Shown here: piece by piece, positions 26,101 to 38,367 of the stretch
Numbering within the stretch: position 1 is the first letter of the stretch
Layout: every line of letters starts with the position of its first letter
Assembly: GCA_043228905.1 (NCBI GenBank)
Contig: JBHGNT010000020.1
Span: 8,618,001-8,682,000, forward strand
Direction of reading: 5' to 3'
DNA: 64,000 bases
From: Azolla caroliniana
Lineage: Eukaryota; Plantae; Polypodiophyta
Made by a program: the position numbers and the translations under genes
Notes under the pieces: model-generated
Seen by the model: only the letters and a program-made list of their open reading frames with translations
Told to the model about the DNA's origin: nothing
Databases searched by the model: none

Positions 26101-26675
26101 CTTATGCTTTGTGGGCGGACCGGACCACGCACAGTTCGGTAACCGGGTACATGCCGACGGAGCTCATGTTCGGCCAGAAGCCGATCATGCCGATGGAACG
26201 GACGATCTCCTCGTGGGCAACGGTCGACTGGAGGGACGAGATGAGCCGGGAGGAGTTGTTGGCCGCGCGCATACGACAGCTCGAGCGGAGACCGGAGGAC
26301 GTGGAACTGGCTGCGGAGAAGCTCCGAGTGGCGAGGGAAAAGAACAAAGCCAGGTTCGACCGAACGCACCGGCTCCGACCGAAGAGAATCGAAGAAGGCG
26401 ACTGGGTGCTCGTCTACGATAGCAGCCTCGACAACCAGCACCGAGCTGCACGGAAGTTCGCACGAAGGTGGTTCGGGCCTTACGCGGTACAGAGCGCCAA
26501 TGACAACGGGACATATCACCTGGCGGAACTCGACGGCACGAGAATGGCGATACCGGTTGCAGGGAAGCGGATCAAAGCGTTCAAGAAGCGACACGACGAC
26601 GAGCCAGACCCGGCTCTCCTGGTCGGCAGTGACGAACGATCTGAAAACGAGGAAGAACCGACGGGCGAGGAATGA
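23187..26675 (+). CDS. pol: Pol (RT-RNase H-integrase) of gypsy D, in the -1 frame relative to gag
   Basis: The frame is open from the slippery site at 23187 through the 1118-aa track ORF. Motifs: DLYSGYDQ, FLDD, VDTS, H-H-C-C zinc finger, VADRGE, GPY. Confidence 0.93.
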   Translation, partial: GFLERTAKAWGRDSPDAPGKPHICTVKPCTIGRKFCFSDSGACTMVGITGREKTKTEGRLRACGVLGPDEGIDGAVEAVSFDDTLGMLGKVVEEDFNEDRTIPVCSEEMYEVIADFGRGLESERTARVSTKYKTVDRKVRPVAAPLPEGSESRIKGVASDPSLRDRACIGHTFTNETLRELKIGGGGFLLPAEEDRFRRMLGRHGKAFAFSPEEIGCVDPTIVEPMVIFTVPHVPWNLKPISVPRAHIPKLMELLKQKVDMGILEPSSAPYSNRWFTVPKKNGSLRFIQDLQPVNRVTIRNVGIGPTIDEFAEAFAGRSIYSVGDLYSGYDQFQLAVESRDITTMRTPLGLVRMCTLLQGGTNSVAHMVNAMNKVLRDCIPNITMPFLDDIPIKGCPVEEKDETIGPDGCRRFVTAHIDDCEKVLQRLEDARLTFSGEKSAFGQSEIMVVGHLCGPYGRKPSPAKVEAISAMKPDCSSVTEVRRFLGACAFYHIWIPHYAHVAEPLYGLLRKGRRFEWLDKHTESVRKLKEALSAAPALRKAVYRKGTPVYITVDTSPTGIGWVVNQEDEDGNRFPIRFGAKVLSERQRGYAQVKRELWGIVSAVKADKDYLIGTEVIIETDCMPILGMVSGCATPDLAMLRWIAYIKSLDPVIRHISGKDNAMADMLSRARFDNEGGMVSEDEEVGVDFFETAYVTTDGTSTPALNDFDASKYDGEWLQIGGFLQTMTPDASWTKDEANRIRKKAYRFFLRDGYLWKHPKKRDGAPLRVVAMKEEREELLTAYHDSPWAGHRGTWATFEKLKGKYWWPGQYQDVHRFVTTCESCQMHSIVRHRDELHPTYPPTIHFKWMVDLVTMPMGVGQMRYLVLAREDLTNQVEGRALSNKTTAAVCRFLIEDVICRYGCVGKIVADRGELDAEEAAELFDRLGVKLSLTTAYNPEANGKVERGHGPIVKALVRACRGRVGNWPRLLPYALWADRTTHSSVTGYMPTELMFGQKPIMPMERTISSWATVDWRDEMSREELLAARIRQLERRPEDVELAAEKLRVAREKNKARFDRTHRLRPKRIEEGDWVLVYDSSLDNQHRAARKFARRWFGPYAVQSANDNGTYHLAELDGTRMAIPVAGKRIKAFKKRHDDEPDPALLVGSDERSENEEEPTGEE

Positions 26676-26746
26676 AGACGGGCCGGTTTTCTCCGTCCCA
26701 ACTCTCTTGGCGCATACCGGAGGATGCGCGGTCAGGTGGGGGCGGA

Positions 26747-27515
26747 TGTCGTGAAGAAAACCGTCCATAGGCGGAATCGGCGCACCAAGGCGTGGGAACC
26801 GGTTCTTCACGCGCGCACGCTCCAAGTTGTACATAGAAGCGAATTAGGAGGATAATCGGCAGGAACGGGCCCTAACTCAAGTGGAGACAAAGACCGCGCG
26901 AACAGTCTTTTCGGTCGCGCGCGCGAACTGTACGAGTCGGCGGCGTAACTACGCGGATGCGTGAAAAACGGAGCGGATCCCTGTCCAAAAGGGACAGGGA
27001 ATAAAGCTGACACGACGGCCTGCTCGTCGGCCTATATAAGGAGCGGGAAAGAGCTGTTGCAGGGATCTCGCGCGGAGAGGACGAAGTGCTGTCGGACCGT
27101 TTCTGGACGCTTCTCTCTCTCTGTTACCTTCCTTCTTGAGCTCCGTAGCCTTTCTGTGCAGGGTTCCGAGGAGGCTCGCGCTGTTTCGAGGAACGCCCGA
27201 GTGCTTCCGGCAGCCCCTTTGAGCGTCGAAGTGAACAGGCATCGGCATCTGTTCGCCGACCTGTTCGGTTGTAACCAACCTGTGCCCCGTCGAGGGTTGT
27301 AGTCGTGTTAGCCATTTTTCTTAATATACATATTTAGTCATTCGCATCTGTCTGTGTCGGTGTCTGTTCGCGTTCACCGTGCTGAAGGGCCGCGTCCCTG
27401 TGTATCCCCGGCCGCGTAGCCGGTTCTCTCCCTTTCTCCTCCCTCGCTTGCTCTTTGGTTCGAGACCCCCGCGGTCCCGCCTCGTTTCCACACGCACTTG
27501 CGTAAAATCTCGACA
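26747..27515 (+). repeat. 3' LTR of gypsy D
   Basis: Direct repeat of 20257-21025, followed by TSD gcgc. Confidence 0.97.
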
Positions 27516-28038
27516 GCGCGTTCGAAACGTCTTGTCGGTAATAGAAGTTATGTTCTTAGGGTTGCTCTTGGTTGTGTCGACCTTGGCCAAATTGGCCTCT
27601 TCTTCCCCGACCTTGTACTCTTCCTCCATCGAAATTCGAATAGAGCATTTTTTCTTCTTCCGCATTGCTTCTTGTTCGGACATTATTCTCCTTGACCAAC
27701 AACATCGACTAGAGTTCGAAGAAGGAGGGTCTCCCTTGTGAGGACACTGACCAAATGGACCCGAACCGAGGTGCTAAGCCTCTGAGGCAAATCTACACCA
27801 TCTCATCGTTGTCAATGCTAACATTGATCGACCCAAGGGCATCGCACAACTCCTTGGTCTTCAAGGTGTAGTTGCCAATTGACATGTCCCTTTGTTGTAT
27901 ACCGTTAAACTCTTGACGGCGTTGAAGCTTTCTGGCGGTAGTATTGGCCGTGAAAATCTTCTTGACGTTCCCCCACACGTCCTTTGGTGGTTTCGCCTCT
28001 CGGATGTAACCGAGCATGTGATCAAGGAAGCATGATGT

Positions 28039-30560
28039 TGTTGGGAATTCAGTCCCTTCGGATGGGATCCAAAGGAGCCGGATCGGAGGAGCCGAAGGGA
28101 GGAACCGGACCGGATGAAGAAACTAGACCGGCCGAAAGGTATCCGGATGGATCCAGTGTGAACCGGATCCAGGGACATATCTGCAAATATGTTTCTAGTG
28201 TGCCTGTAAAGGCTATATTTGCAAATAGTCTTAAATTCATATAAGTATAAATATGACTTAGGGCAATCATTTCGTAAGGTTGATGTTGTTAGTTGTATCA
28301 TAGTTGTATAGAGAAAGAGAAGAGAAGCTGCCAGTTGGCGAAGACATAGAGCTCGAGGTCGTTGCCTCTAAGTCTCCTGTTGTACCTCCTTTCTCATATA
28401 GTGATAGTTTGAGTCTGTGGGCTCCCGTAGTTTTTCCCTATTAGGGCTTTCCATGCAAACATCTTGTCTCGTCTCTTCTGTGTAAGTGTACGAATCTCCA
28501 TTTCTGTTTTGTTCTTTCATAAAGTGTTTGAGTCTCGGTTGTGGCCAGCGCTATTCCGCACAAACTGGTATCATAGTGAACAAGAAAATGGAAGAGTCAT
28601 TCGGAAGCATGTTCAAGCTCACCGGCTCTACCTACCCAATGTGGAAGTTGAAGATGAGGGACATGCTCGTGGTCAAAGATCTCTGGCTCCTGGTATAGTT
28701 CAGGGACAAGAAATCGGACAAGATTGATGCCACGACATGGCAGGTGATGCACATGAAGATGACGGCATACATATGGTGTTTCATCGACATGAACTTGTAC
28801 AACAACTTCACTGAACAAAGTAAGGCTCATGTGCTCTGGGAGAAAATCGGCACCATGTTGGAGAGCAAAAACACCGTAAATCGGGTTTTGGTATTCCAGA
28901 AGTTAGTGAGACTCCGGTACCATGACGGATCTAGCATGGTGGAGTAGATGAACGCATTCCTAGGGCTCATAAATCAAACAACTTCGCTTGCAATACCTCT
29001 GGCTGACGAGGTACTTGCATTGCTCATGCTCGGTTCCCTCTCGAATAGTTGGGAGACGCAAGTTGTCACTTTGGGCAACACCGGGCTGGAAGTAAAGCAG
29101 TTGTCCCTAGCAAGGGTAAAATGAACCTTGCTAGATGAAGAAGCTCTCCGGAAGGATCAGGAATCCGAAACTGACCCGAAGGCCTTGGTTACGGAATATG
29201 ACCTTAACCGGGGAAGAGGCTGAAATCGGAGTCCCCAAAACTGGGACAAATCAGGGACAAGGTCAAAGTCAAGGGGCAAGCCTACTTGTTTCTACTGTGG
29301 GAAGTTAGGACACTTCCAGAAGAAAGGGGCCAACATCACCGATTCGAAGAAGAGTTCAGACCGGAGAGCTCCGGATCGGAAAGGAACGAGTGAAGAAGAA
29401 TTGTTGCTCATCACCGAGGAGAATGAGTTAAACCTTGTCGGCGACAAGACAACGTGGGTTGTCAATTCCGGAGCATCGTTCCACCTGACACCGGACCGAA
29501 AATGGTTCTCATCCTACACAGTCGGCATAGGAGATGTGTTGTTTACAACATCAACCAGATGCAAGTTGCTGCTGAAGGATGTCCAACATGTTCCGGAGGT
29601 TCGATTGAACCTGATATCAGTCGGTCGGCTGGATGATGAAGGCTACACGGGTAGCATCCGGAACGCAGTCATGAAGTTCAGCAAAGGGAGCTTGATTGTG
29701 GCTCGAGTCTAGAAGATCAACACATTGTACGTGATGCACGCCCAGATATGCCAAGAAGAAGTGAACGTAGCATCCGACAATGCTGGTGAGTTGTGGCACA
29801 AGAGACTGTGTCATATGAGCCAGAAGGGGATGAGAAGACTTGCCGAAGATAACCTCATTCCGGAGGTGAAAGAAATGCATCTTGAGAAGTGCACCGATTG
29901 CTTGGCCAACAAGCAAAACCGAACCTCCTTCCGTTCAAGACCACCGATGAGACAGAATGCATCACTGGAGTTGGTGCATACTGATGAGTGTCAGGTGGAC
30001 ATGAAATCACATGCCAAATCACAGTACTTCGTGACAATCATAGACGACCACAACCGAAAGTTGTGGGTCTCACCATTGAAGACGAAGGATTAGGTGTTGT
30101 CTGTCTTCAAGGAGCTCCATGCAAGAGTGGAAAGGGAAACCGGCCAGAAGCTAAAGGCGGTTCGAGCAGATAACGAAGGAGAATACCGGGGGCAATTCGA
30201 GGAGTACTACCGATCAAATGGAATCCGTCTCGAATTCACCATGCCGAAGATGCCGGAATTGAATGGGTTGGCTGAACGGATGAATCAGACCATAATGGAG
30301 AGAGTCTAAAGCATGCTAGCACATGCAAAGTTATCCAAGATGTTTTGGGCTGAGGCGTTGATGACGGCGACATACATGATTAATAAATCACCCTCAGCAC
30401 CCTTGGAAGGAGACACACCACAGAGAGTATGGACCGGTAAAGATGTGTCTTACCGGCATCTAAAGGTATTCGGTTTTTTCGCTTATTTGCATGTAGCAAA
30501 GGATAAGAGAGCAAAGTTAGATCCGAAGTACAGGCCATGTGTATTCCTTGGATATGGCGA
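28039..30560 (+). mobile_element. 5' half of a decayed Tnt1/Tork-like copia 'H' (LTR 28039-28562, PBS, gag-PR-INT), truncated in integrase
   Basis: LTR is related to the copia G LTR. Degenerate PBS tggtatcatag at 28566. gag/PR/INT fragments parallel the 34294-38367 polyprotein. Homology stops at CVFLGYGE. Confidence 0.85.
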
Positions 30561-31412
30561 GGGGACGACGACGAGCGGATGGCACCGATCCGACTACAGC
30601 AACGCACAACGAAGGTCGATGGAGGCCAAGCGGGCCATCACGAGTGCTCCTCAGACGGAGGGCACCGCGTATCCAAAGGGACGAGAAGTGTGCATGCAGT
30701 CGAAAGAACGCGCACTACGGGATCGCGACGAATCACCTATCAACGAGTCGAACCAAGCTACGAAGAGGCAAACGCGGAAAGGGAACCATAGCCGACGGTT
30801 GGACCAGCGAGGCCAATGCGCAACCAGAATGCGGATTATGAAAGACCAGTTTCTCACTGGCCAGAATCTCTCCCCTTTTCCGAACTTGGCACGTACCGAT
30901 GAACGTGCGGGTTGGTGGGGGCGGATGTCGTGAAAATATCCGGCTATAGTGTGAAACCGGGGTGGAATAGGCAAGTCGGTGGTGTGCAACATGTGCACAT
31001 GTATAGTAGGAAAACTGTGTATAGAATAAAGGGGGAGTATTTGTCCCACATTGTAACGTCTCTCTCTCCTTGGGCTATAAAAGGAAGAGAGGAGTCCCTT
31101 TTGGAGGGGTTGCCCATTTTGAGTCGTAAAGGTATACCATTTTGTAGAGAGTCATTTTATTAAGAATTTCTAGGGTTAGTTCTTCTTCTTCTCCTCCTTG
31201 CGAAGTCGGGTGCCGCAGCCATGGTGGCAAAGCTGTTAGGGTTAACTTCTTTTCTTCTGAGCGTAGCTGGCTCGAAGCTAGGGTTGTATCTTTCTCCTTT
31301 GTAATATATACACTTATATATGTTTGTGCATATTGGTGTATCTGGTGGTGTCGGGAGCATAGCCCCTTTCATTTCTTGTGTATAAGAGACGGTGTCATGC
31401 ACATGCTCTCTC
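30561..31412 (+). mobile_element. 3' fragment of a gypsy-D-related element (3' UTR, PPT, partial LTR from 30926)
   Basis: ggtgggggcgga|TGTCGTGAA junction is the same as the gypsy D 3' junction. TATA-like gctataaaag at about 31074. Confidence 0.7.
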
Positions 31413-31905
31413 TGTTGTCCATAGGCCAGAAATATAAATTAGTTAAATGTAATACGCCGGTAGGTAACGCGAGTAGGTAAGGAAGGTAGAGTTAGGAAAA
31501 CGCCAAGTTTCGAGCCTCACAGTCAGCCGACCGCTCGGTGTTGTATGAAGGAAAGGAAGTATATAAACCGAGGTCTGCGTACCTCGGCAAGGGAGAGATA
31601 TCTCGAGCCTAGGGAGATCGGTTCATAGTTATAAGAGCTTTGTAAGTCTACCGGTTGTGGGTCGTGTTCTTTTCTAATCATCACTAACTATTGCAGTAAT
31701 ACATATCTATAGCTCTTGTTGTGTCATTTATGTGTCGTCGCTTTTAAGGTCTCAACTACGTATACGACCCGGGCTCTATTCCGGGTATGCTCTCCGTGTT
31801 CTCCCCCCTAATGACACCTCCGTGCACCAGTCTTCACAATTACACTTCCCTTGATACCGATAGCTTGTAGGCATATCAAAGGTGTTTCCGGTAGAACGGT
31901 TAACA
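31413..31905 (+). repeat. LTR related to the Gypsy-2 3' LTR
   Basis: TGTTGTCC...TTAACA, 493 bp. The first about 190 bp and the last about 60 bp align with 42518-43010. Confidence 0.85.
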
Positions 31906-33190
31906 AGCCACCTCGAGTCAGGAGACCCTGCCAAGTCCACGTATGACGATTTACGTGATGCCGGCTTATTTCATCTCACAACGTTGTCAGACGACAAAGA
32001 AGATGAATGGATCATGGAGATGACCCACTTCCTTAGTACTGGCCTGCCGCCCAACCACATGGCCCTCGATGTGCGGAAACGACTCATAGTACGTAGCCGA
32101 AACTTTTGTCTCGTTTCCGACATCCTCTACCACAAAGGCTCGGACAGAATATGGCATCGGCCAATTCGGCAATTCGAGAAGATGGCCATCCTCCAAGAGA
32201 CCCACCTAGGAATCACCGGTGGACAGTACGCCGGAGAGTCCACGGCAAGGAAAGTATGGCAGAGTGGGTTATGGTGGCAGAGTGGGTTATGGCGGCCCGA
32301 ACCAGTAATAAGTATATCATCATGGCCACGGACTACTGCACAAAATGGGTCGAAGCAAAGGCTTTATGAGACAACACGGCAGCATCCACGACCAAATTCG
32401 TGTACGAACATCTCTGGTGCCATTATGGATGCCCAATTGATCTCATTAGTGACCAAGGTGGGCACATTATAAACCATATAATACGCGAGCTTACAACACA
32501 CTACGCGGTTGTACATAACAAAAGTACACCATACTACCCACAAGCAAACAGATTGGCAAAATCAACTAACAAAATTCTCCAAACAATCCTGAAGAAGATC
32601 GTCAACGAGAACCGCACCGATTGGGATGACAAGCTCCAGAGTGCACTGTGGGCTTATCGCACTACACTCAAAACGAGCATTGAATCCACCCCCTTTCGGA
32701 TGGCTTTTGGTCTCGAAGCCGTTATGCCCATTGAATTCCAAGTTCCAAGTCTCCGAGTTCAAGTTAAAGCACAGCTCCCCGAGGCACAATCCGAACAATT
32801 GAGGCTGGAACAACTCCTCGAACTTGGCGAGGACCGAGTAGCGAGCATGGCCCAACTTGAACAATGCCGACGACAATGGAAAGCCTTTGTGGACCGACAT
32901 CGGAAAGGATTGGAACAAGAACTAACCATAGGCAAACCGGTCCTCGTTTTCTAGACACGACTCGGTGCTATGCCAGGAAAGTTACAATTTCGATGGACTG
33001 GCCCCTTCTGGATTATTGACAAGTTTAACGGCATGTTCCAGCTCGGCACCCTCGCCAGGGAAATTGTCAAAAGCTGGGTGAATGGATTCCGACTGTGACC
33101 GTACCAGGGAGATACCCCAACCAACCCTTTCGCCGAGTCTCACGGCACAGACAATGCCACGAAGGAGGCCACATGTCCCCCTCGATAAGA
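31906..33190 (+). pseudogene. gypsy integrase remnant
   Basis: ORFs 31882-32472 and 32400-32954 plus downstream sequence, with stops and an internal deletion. Confidence 0.85.
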
Positions 33191-33656
33191 ACCCACCAAC
33201 ATTCCAAAGTATACATTAGGTAGGATTAGGCATAGTTTTAGCAATTAGTTAGTTCCACCTAAACCACCTACCACATCACCCAAATCACGCCATGTTTAGA
33301 GGCACACACTAGTCACTTTCACATTCACTTAAGTATTTAAAGGCACATGCACAGCATCCAAGGCACAACACTAACTCCCTAGGACATGTGGCCATAATAT
33401 CCTATTATGGCATCCACGACCAAGAATCTCCAGGCTCCTCTTCATGCACAAAAACCTAGGCGTTCACTAAAAAACTGTTACCCCAAGCACACCCCACACA
33501 CAAACGTTTTCTTGCACACCCAGCCTTCATCGCTCCCACGCTCTCAAGCCTCCTCTCGCTCTCAAGGCTTGTTGGGATTACGGTCCCTCCGGATGGGATG
33601 GTCGGATATCCAGGAATCGGGAATGAAGACCCGAATGAGGAGTACCCGGTATCGGA

Positions 33657-33790
33657 ACCGGATGATGAAGATCCGGTTTCGGATCCGGATGGTGAAGACC
33701 CCGGCTACGGAGCCGGATGATGAAGACCCGGTTTCGGATCCGGATGATGAAGACCCCGGCTACGGAGCCGGATGACGAATGTACCCGGAG
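33657..33790 (+). repeat. alternating 27/28-bp tandem repeat in the copia G U3 (also about 38465-38598)
   Basis: ccggatgatgaagacccggtttcggat and ccggatgatgaagaccccggctacggag units. Confidence 0.9.
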
Positions 33791-34293
33791 AGAGATCCGG
33801 ATGCGGGGACATATTTGTGAATATGTTTGCCAAGGGCCCTCGAGGCTATATTTGTAAATAGCCCGAAAGTCATTTGTGTATAAATATGACTTAGGGCAAA
33901 CAGTTTTGTAGTTGTTGCTCATTTTTCTGTTTTCCACTTAGAGGGAGCGAAGTGAGAGCAGCCGAGAGAGAGAGTGAGAGAGAGAGAGAAAGGAAGAGGT
34001 CGACGCCTCTGTGTAATACCGCCGCCTGTGGCGAGGACAGCGAGCTCAAGGTCGTCACCTTGCAGCTCGCCATTGTACATTCCCTGTGTATAGTGATAGT
34101 TGGAGTCTTGCACTCCCGTGGTTTTTCCCGTCTAGGGTTTTCCACGCTAAACCCTGTGCATTCAAGTCTCTCTCTCTGTGTTTTCGATTTTCTGCTGCAT
34201 TGATTCGTGTTTCCTCGGTTGTGGCCGAGAGGTGAAGGTTTTGAAAGCGTCAATTCCTATCAATCTGGTATCAGAGCGACTGCAGTGCAAGAA

Positions 34294-37200
34294 ATGGAAG
34301 GCGGCAGCAGCGGGCAGCCGGGGATGATGGTGCTGAATGCGCAGAACTACGCCGACTGGAAGATAAAGATGGAGGATCTGCTCATTGTTCGGGACCTGTA
34401 TGAACCGATCGACAGGTCGGAAATACCCAAGGGGGTACTTGAGACGGAATGGAGGCTTCTGAACCGGAAAGCCGTTGCAACCATTTGGCAATACGTCGAC
34501 GTGAGCGTTCTACAACATGTGGCGAATGACACCAACGCATATGAGATGTGGCAGAAGCTGTCGGGCCTCTACGAGAGGAAGAATGCGTTGAACCGGACCT
34601 CCCTGATGAGGAAGATAGTGAACCTCAAGTACCGGGACGGCGAGAGTATGGTGGAACACGTAAGCACATTCATGGGATTCGTGAACCAGCTTGCGGCGAT
34701 CAAGTTCCCGTTGGAGGATGCAATGCAAGCCATCATGCTGATGTGTACATTGCCGGAAAGCTGGGAGAATTTGGTGGTGACTCTCAGCACCGCCTGCACT
34801 GAAGATAACTTGTCCCTACAAACGGTAAAGACAAGCATTTTGAACGAAGAAGCGCGTCGGAGAGGTAAAGAACCGGCCTCCGATCCGAAGATGCTGCTTA
34901 CCGAATCGGATCGGGGAAGACAACGGAACCGGAGTCCGCAAAGACGGGCGAAGTCGGGGACCCGGTCGCAGTCAAGAGGAAGGCCCACATGCTTCCACTG
35001 TGGGAAACCGGGGCACTTCCGAAAGAATTGTCGGCATTACCGAAAAGACAACAGAGCCGACGACACCGATTCGAAGAAGTCTTCGGAACGGAACGGTGCT
35101 TACCGGGGAGCCACGGACCGGAACGGTTCGGATCGGCGAGGGCAGGACCGGAAAGGAACGACGGCACTCGCGGCAAGTGAAGAGGAGATCATGCTCATCA
35201 CCGAAGAAGGTGAACTAAACATTGCCGGCAATGAGACTACCTGGGTGGTCGATTCCAGAGCGTCGTTCCACCTGACCCCGGAAAGAAGATACTTCTCATC
35301 CTACATAGCCGGTGAGCATGGCTGTGTTCGGATGGGAAATGAAGGTACGTGCCGGATTGCCGGCATAGGAGACGTGTGGTTGACAACCTCGACCGGATGC
35401 AAAATGTTGCTGAAGGATGTCCGACACATTCCGGAGGTTCGATTGAACCTGATTTCGGCCGGGAGGCTAGACGATGAAGGCTACACAGGTAGCATCCGGA
35501 ACTGCGTAATGAAGTTCAGCAAGGGGAGCCTGATAGTGGCTCGGGCCCGGAAAGTCAACACACTGTACCTTATGAATGCCTGGTTGTGTCCGGAGGAGTT
35601 GAACGTGGCAGCCGACACTGCCGATGAGCTGTGGCACAAGAGACTGTGCCACATGAGTGAGAAGGGGATGAAGAGGCTTGCAGAAGACAACCTTATTCCA
35701 GTGAAGCATGTGCACCTGGAGAAGTGCACCGATTGCCTGGCCGGTAAGCAGAACCGAACCTCCTTCCACTCAAGGCCACCGACGAGACGTAGCGCACCAT
35801 TGGAGTTGGTGCACACTGACGTGTGTCAAGTAGAAACGAAGTCACATGGCGGAGCCCAGTACTTCGTGACATTCATTGATGACCACAGCCGGAAGCTGTG
35901 CACGGCACCGTTGAAGACAAAGGACCAAGTGTTGTGCGTCTTCAAAGAACTCCACGCGAGAGTGGAAAGGGAATCCGGCAAGAAGCTGAAAGCGATACGA
36001 GCGGATAACGGAGGGGAATACCGGGGGCAGTTCGAGGAGTACTGTCGCTCGAAGGGAATCCGGCTCGAGTTTACTCTGCCGAAGACGCCGGAACTGAACG
36101 GGCTGGCCGAGAGGATGAACCGGACCATAATGGAGAGGGTCCGGAGTATGCTGGCGCATGCGAAATTACCCAAGGGGTTTTGGGCTGAGGCAATGTCGAC
36201 GGCGACATACGTGATAAACAGATCACCCTCAGTACCTTTGGACGGAGACACGCCGCACAGAGTGTGGACCGGTAGGGAAGTATCCTACCGGCATCTGAAG
36301 GTGTTCGGGTGTCTCGCATATGTGCATGTGGCAAAGGACCAGAGAGGAAAACTAGATCCAAAGACCCGGCCATGCATATTCCTCGGTTACGGCGATGACG
36401 AGTTCGGCTACCGAGTATGGGACCCGGTCGACAAAAACATATTCCGGAGTCGTGATATCATCTTCATGGAGGACAAGACACTCGCCGACTGGGAGTCGGA
36501 AAAGAAGATGAAGAGCTCCAAGTCGACCGGTGAGGATCAACTCTACGAGGAGCAGTCCCGACCGGCAAGGGACCGGTTAGCACTCGAGGATCCGGCCGAA
36601 GACGGTGAAGAAACAGAACCGGCCGAGGAAGATGAAACAGATACCGGAACCGGCCCCGATCCCGAAATGGATTCGGATGAAGAGGAAACGGAGGAGCTGG
36701 TTACCGAAGCTCCGGAACGGAGATATCCTCTAAGAGAGAGAAGGGCCCCCCGGAGATTTCCGGAACCAGAGCACGTGCTGCTAACCGACGAGGGGGAGCC
36801 GGAGAGTTTTGAAGAAGCAAAGCTTGACACCCATAGCCGCAGGTGGTTAAGTGCCATGCAGGAGGAGATGGATTCCCTGCATGAGAACCACACATATGAA
36901 CTTGTGGAGTTGCCGAAAGGAAAGCGGGCACTTCGAAACAAGTGGGTGTTCAAGCTGAAACTGGGAGATGCCGGAAACCCCCCGAGATACAAAGCCAGGA
37001 TCGTGGTGAAGGGGTTCCAACAGAAGAAGGGCGTCGACTTCAACGAGATATTTGCCCCGGTAGTGAAGATGACCTCCATCCGGACGGTGCTGAGCATAGC
37101 GGCAAGCATGGACCTCGAGGTAGAACAGATGGACGTGAAGACGGCATTCCTTCACGGTGACCTCGAAGAAGAGATCTACATGCAGCAACCGGAAGGATTC

Positions 37201-38367
37201 GAGAAGAAAGGGAAGGAGCACCTGGTATGCCGGTTGAAGAAGAGCCTTTACGGACTGAAGCAAGCTCCCCGGCAATGGTACCGGAAGTTCGACTCTTTCA
37301 TGACCGACGAAGGGTACCACAAAACGCAGTCTGATCACTGCGTGTTTGTGAAGAAGTTCGAAGGAGGAGACTTTCTAATACTCCTCTTGTACGTGGACGA
37401 CATGTTGATCGTCGGACGGGACCAGGTCAAGATACGGATGCTGAAGAAAGCGCTTCACCGAACCTTCTCAATGAAGGACCTGGGTCCGGCGAGGCAAATA
37501 CTAGGGATGCACATCATCCGGGACCGGAAGAAGAAGCAGTTGTGGCTGTCACAAGAGAAGTACGTGACAAAGGTGCTTCACCGGTTCAACATGTCGGAAG
37601 CAAGACCGGTCGGGTCAACCCTCCCGGCAAACTGCAAGTTGTCCAGCAAGCAAAGCCCCAAGACAAAGGCTGAGAAGGAGGACATGATGAAAGTACCATA
37701 TGCCTCTGTCGTCGGAAGCTTGATGTACGCAATGGTGTGTACAAGACCGGACATAGGATATGCAGTCGGAGTGGTGAGCCGGTACATGAGCAATCCCGGC
37801 AAAGAGCACTAGAACGCGGCCAAGTGGATACTCCGATACCTGAAGGGCACGGCAAACGTGTGCCTCCGATTCGGCTCTGGTAAGCCCGAACTCGACGGCT
37901 TTACCGATTCGGATATGTCGGCTGATGCAGATACCAGCCGGTCCACATCAGGGTATGTGATGACGTATGCAGGGGGAGCTGTTTCGTGGCAATCGAGGCT
38001 ACAGAAGACGGTTGCGTTGTCAACCACGGAGGCAGAGTACATGGCGGCTGTTGAAGCCGGCAAGGAAATAATATGGATGAAGGACTTCATTAGAGAGCTC
38101 GGTATCCGGCAGGAGAAGTACCGACTCTACTGCGACAGTCAGAGTGCCATCCACCTTGCGAAGAACGCGGCCTATCACTCCCGGACGAAGCACATCCAGC
38201 GAAGATATCACTGGATCCGGGAAAGGATAGAAGACCAGGAGTTCGTGCTGACGAAGATCCACACGGACGAGAACGGGTCAGATATGCTGACCAAAGTGCT
38301 CACACCTGACAAGCTGGAAGCGTGCCGGAAGAGGGTCGGACTGGAAAGACATCCCATGCCGAAGTGA
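34294..38367 (+). pseudogene. copia gag-PR-INT-RT-RNase H polyprotein with a single nonsense codon
   Basis: One reading frame with CFHCGKPGHFRKNC, YVDDML and TEAEY. TAG at 37810-37812 replaces the conserved Trp (EHW). The protease motif reads DSRAS instead of DSGAS. Confidence 0.93.

Larger units (their letters stand above)
20257..27515 (+). mobile_element. near-intact, very young Ty3/gypsy LTR retrotransposon 'D'
   Basis: 769-bp LTRs at 20257-21025 and 26747-27515 (one difference seen by eye), 4-bp TSD gcgc, PBS at 21030-21046, PPT-like aggtgggggcgga before 26747, two uninterrupted ORFs. Confidence 0.97.
16392..28038 (-). mobile_element. decayed copia element 'F' (3' LTR 16392-16758), interrupted by gypsy D and truncated in gag by copia H
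   Basis: RNase H TKHIEVHYHF (16994-17434), RT YVDDL (17710-17946), INT (18833-19489), gag fragments on both sides of gypsy D (about 20050-20256 and 27516-28038). Confidence 0.85.

Noticed and set aside
21225-26834. Long antisense ORFs (for example 21225-22037, 23093-23875, 26097-26834)
   Set aside because: Shadow frames of GC-rich gag/pol with no recognisable motifs.
33657-33790. CRISPR-like array
   Set aside because: The repeats are head to tail with no unique spacers, lie inside both LTRs, and there are no cas genes.
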